DNA of 64,000 nucleotides from Podarcis liolepis (lineage: Eukaryota), in the NCBI GenBank assembly GCA_965112155.1, contig OZ218100.1, one strand, 5' to 3'. Shown piece after piece: positions 60,462-64,000 of the stretch. The notes beneath the pieces were generated by a model. It saw only the letters and a list, made by a program, of their open reading frames with translations. It was not told the DNA's origin and ran no database searches. The position numbers and the translations under genes were made by a program. The stretch's first letter is position 1, and every line of letters begins with the position of its first letter.

Positions 60462-60471
60462 ACACACACAC
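60418..60471 (+). repeat. (TCTG)n/(CA)n microsatellite
   Basis: Direct reading. Confidence 0.9.
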
Positions 60472-62379
60472 AGCCACAAAAGATGGTGCCACTGTTCTTT
60501 TCCTGCCCTGATCCCATTTCTCACAGGGCTCTCATTTGTTTTCCCACAGCAAGCAAGCAAGAGCTGAGCAATGGGACAAGGAAGGCAGGGCAGGAATGCT
60601 TGAAGCTGCATCTCCTTTATGTAGGAGATATGCAGTCAGCTCTAATGATGCTAGTTAACATGTGAAGGGGTTAGGAACACAGCTGTATTGCTGATAGGCA
60701 AACTCAGACCCCAGATATGTAATTGGTGGAGAGGGCCATGGGTGTGGGCAGGGGGGCAGCTGCCCCCTCACGATCAAGTTAAACAATAGAAATAACTAAC
60801 TGACCAATCATGTTGATTCTGCCCCCCCCCCCAAAAAAAATCCTTGCTACTGCACGGCTGAGGAAATGTTTTTCTGTCATTGACTAGAAGTGGAACTAAA
60901 ACAGTGGTTTAATTAAGGACTTAATATTGAGCTATATAACCTAGCAATGCCTGTTCCCTTACCCAAGATCTTTTATGTTTACTGAGAAGTTCCACTTAAC
61001 AGAGGTCATCTGCACCTTTAATTAGAACCTTCCTCTTGGCAGCTTCTGCCCCAGTTGTTTCTTATGAAGTGAGGTAGGGATGATGGGAGTTTTAGTCCAA
61101 CATCAGCTGGAGGCTCATGTTTGAGGAACAATGTGAGCACCTTAATTACAGTACTTTGTTCCACTCATCAACTTTAATATCATGAAAGGTTGCTTTGAGA
61201 AAACTACCACAAATTACCTTGCTTGGGGGATAGGCTCTTATTGCCAATTTGCTACTAGACCAAGTTTGATGTGTTGGTACTAACAATTAAAGCTCTATAC
61301 AGCTCAGGATCAGGTTATTTGACAGACCCTACTCCTTAAATGCCCAGTAGAATAATAGATCACTGTATTCTGAAGGAGTTTCTTCTGCAAGTTCCAAAGA
61401 TCTCAGAAGCCTGCCCCACAGTAATCTGGAGCACTGCTTTCAGTGTGGCTGCCCCTGTTCTGTAGAATAGCTTTCCTGTCAAAAAATAACAGGTAAGGTT
61501 TTTGTTCACACAGGCTTTCCCAGCTGGATAAATGGGTCTTTGCCAGGAGTGTCTATTTTGCATTGTTTTAGGGTTGTTTTTTTTAAAAAAATGTATCGAT
61601 GGATTTGTGTGTATGTGTGCCCATGTTCCTGTTTTTATTATACATTGCCTTGACATGATTGTGCATAAAGCATTTATTTACAGAATTTACATGCATACAT
61701 CAATAAACAAAGCTCCTGACACAGCAATAAAAGCAAAACAGACAATTCCTGAGCTATCACTTTAATTTAAGCAAACAAGAAGGAAAGGCAGAAATAAATA
61801 TATCCTAATTTCTGCAATGGTGGGGTGGGGGGCTAAAATGTGTCACCCTGTCCCTGAATTCTCTCTATGGTAAAAGAAAGGTTCATATCGCCCCTAAGAT
61901 AAAATAGATTGTAGCACACGAAAGATGATGCCGCAAAAATGAAGTCACACGGCATTGCAGTACACATTGGTGCTTTCCGTATACTGTACATGCAACCACT
62001 GTATACATTCATTTGCCCCTATTACTTCAGGCACACAGATCTCCCAATAAGCTGAGGTTTCACCACTGAGATGCCGTGGGATAGAGTGACATCACTTTGA
62101 TACCATAGAGACTCACGGCCAAGAGCGGGGCATTTCATTTGTACCAGAGCTCCAGTGCCGCTCCGTTTCCCACCAGCACTTCCGCCTGGCAAATAGGGTC
62201 AACACCATTGAACTCTTTTGCCGGGGGTGGTTTTTTGTTTTTTTTACTCCGTGTAACTTCGTACAATAGCAGACACGGCAACTTTTTCTCTTAACGATAA
62301 GTATTTCTACATCAGTGCTATTCAAATGAAGTAGAAGTAGAGTGGGTTCTCCCACTGCCCCCCTCTTTCTGAGCAGCCT

Positions 62380-62730
62380 AGTATGAATTGGTACGTTCTA
62401 ACGATGGCGGATGAACGGACGCCATAGAGAGGGGAAACCAGAGCGACGCCGGAGCCGGAAGCACGTGAAGCAGAGTGGGCACGGGCAGCTGCTGTGCTGG
62501 TTTTTAAAAAGTCGCGTGCTGAGGGGTCTTGGAACGTTCGGTGGGTGACGACGGCGACGTCCGTGTCCTCGCGCCATGGTAGGTGGCTGGGCAGGTGAAG
62601 GCGGCTTGAGGAGGAGGAGCCTGCGTGCGCGCTCTGAGCATGACGCGCCTCCTCGCGGGGTCGCGCTGGCAGCCTCGGGAGAAGTTCTCCTGTTGTTCCT
62701 CCGGCCTCTTCCCTGCCGGGACGGGGCTGG
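62380..62730 (+). promoter_or_regulatory. LTV1 CpG-island promoter and exon 1 with YY1-like, ETS and E-box motifs
   Basis: CpG-dense against a CpG-poor background; CGATGGCGG 62402-62410, CCGGAAG 62455-62461 abutting CACGTG 62462-62467; NRF1-like TGCGTGCGC near 62622. Confidence 0.75.
62576..62578 (+). CDS. LTV1: LTV1 exon 1 coding part (ATG only)
   Basis: Kozak-like GCGCCATG directly followed by donor GTAGGT; splices in phase 0 to PHRRKK. Confidence 0.8.
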
Positions 62731-63887
62731 AGACCTAAGGCCACAGTGGCCTTTTCTTAGCAGTTGTGGGGGGATTGAGTAGGCATAACAGTGGGGCAGA
62801 AATGGAGGCAGATGGCACGGGCTACATACGCGCCATACATGTGAAGTGCATTTCCCCTCATCTCTGGGAGCTGTAGCTGACCCTCAACACGCTACAATTC
62901 CCAGCAAAACTACACTTCACAAAATTCCTGGGGAGATGTGCTTTAAATGTATGCCGTGTACGCAGTCAAGGTCTCTCAAATATCACTTTTATAATCTTGA
63001 TATTTGTTTGCACAACAAACGAAGAAACGTATTTGTTTTGCTTTCCTCATGGGTGTCCCAAGGCGTTAAGGCACCTGAGGTGAAATGCGTCACTGCCACC
63101 CTTCAATGGAGTGTAAGAGCTCTGTAAGAGCTTCTCCTTGCGGAGGCTCACCCGCCAAGCAGCAGGGCGAGATTCCAGATCCCCTGCTCCTACCCAGCAA
63201 AGAGGCTTTGCACCGGCTTCTCCTGCCACACCACCAGGATGGGAGATCCAACCCTCCCTGGTGGCAGTGCTGGGTGGCAGAACGCCTCCCCTTTTGTTGA
63301 CCCAGCGGAGAGACCAGCAACAAAGCTGGTTGGCAGAACCGGCATGCTGCCCCTTGGGGGGTGCCACCTGAGGCAGCCACCTCACCCTGCCTCATGGTTG
63401 GGCCTGCTCTGGCTTTCTTACCCACCAGGCAAAAGGTATTTGGAACAATCAGGATCTCTCCTACAAGAAGCTGAGATCTGTAAGCCCATGTCAGAGACAT
63501 AAAACAAGTGCATAAATGTTGGCTGCTGCAAGTGTGTGTTTGTTAACCTAGGGATTGCCTGTTTTGAAAGCCAGCAAAACTTTCCTGGGTACCACACACA
63601 TACTCCATGCAGCCAAGTACACGCCACAGCCTAATCTCTTGACAACAGCAGAATGCTTATTTCAAGCCAGCAAGGAAATGATATCATGAGGGTGCCGAGT
63701 GCATGTGTGTCTACAGACACCAGATCAGTTGGTAAGCCTATAAACCAAACAACTTTTGACTAATTTGCTTTGCTTTTCAATTTCTTGTAAAAGTTATTGG
63801 AAGTTTCAGTCAAATGCAGTCCATATCGTTAGGCAGAAAAATTGTCAATTATGGATCATTCTTAAGTATCTTTACTTTGTTTTGCAG

Positions 63888-64000
63888 CCTCACAGGCGGA
63901 AGAAACCCTTCATAGAAAAGAAAAAAGCTGTAACCTTTCATCTAGTACACAGAAGTCAGAGGGACCCCTTGGCAGCAGATGACACTGCACCCCAAAGAGT
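63888..64000 (+). CDS. LTV1: LTV1 ribosome biogenesis factor, exon 2 (runs off the window)
   Basis: tttgcag acceptor; PHRRKKPFIEKKKAVTFHLVHRSQRDPLAADDTAPQR matches the LTV1 N-terminus. Confidence 0.93.

Overview
Vertebrate genomic DNA, almost certainly a squamate. Sauria SINEs suggest a lacertid lizard, but that is an inference. The + strand carries 12 coding exons of PHACTR2 (19649-57440; first exon not found in the window; spliced frame is continuous, 1898 nt) and then the CpG-island promoter and first two exons of LTV1, the same gene order as in mammals. Introns hold the usual squamate repeats: Sauria SINEs, CR1/L2 fragments, hAT and Tc1/mariner MITEs and microsatellites. The main feature is an intact, very young 6622-bp Ty3/gypsy chromovirus of the Tf1/sushi type on the minus strand of the PHACTR2 intron 38576-47339 (39512-46133; two 792-bp LTRs identical by eye; 5-bp TSD AATAC). 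It has (i) no tRNA primer-binding site but an 11-nt self-priming complement in its own LTR, (ii) a PEG10-like G GGA AAC -1 frameshift with an H-type pseudoknot, (iii) a Pol frame that runs about 380 aa past the chromodomain, through the PPT and the whole U3 of the 3' LTR, and (iv) a chromodomain lacking its aromatic cage, followed by a helix-linker-FxGF acidic motif resembling LEDGF/TND-binding motifs. The last point suggests a host-tethered integration-targeting mechanism, which is a hypothesis only.
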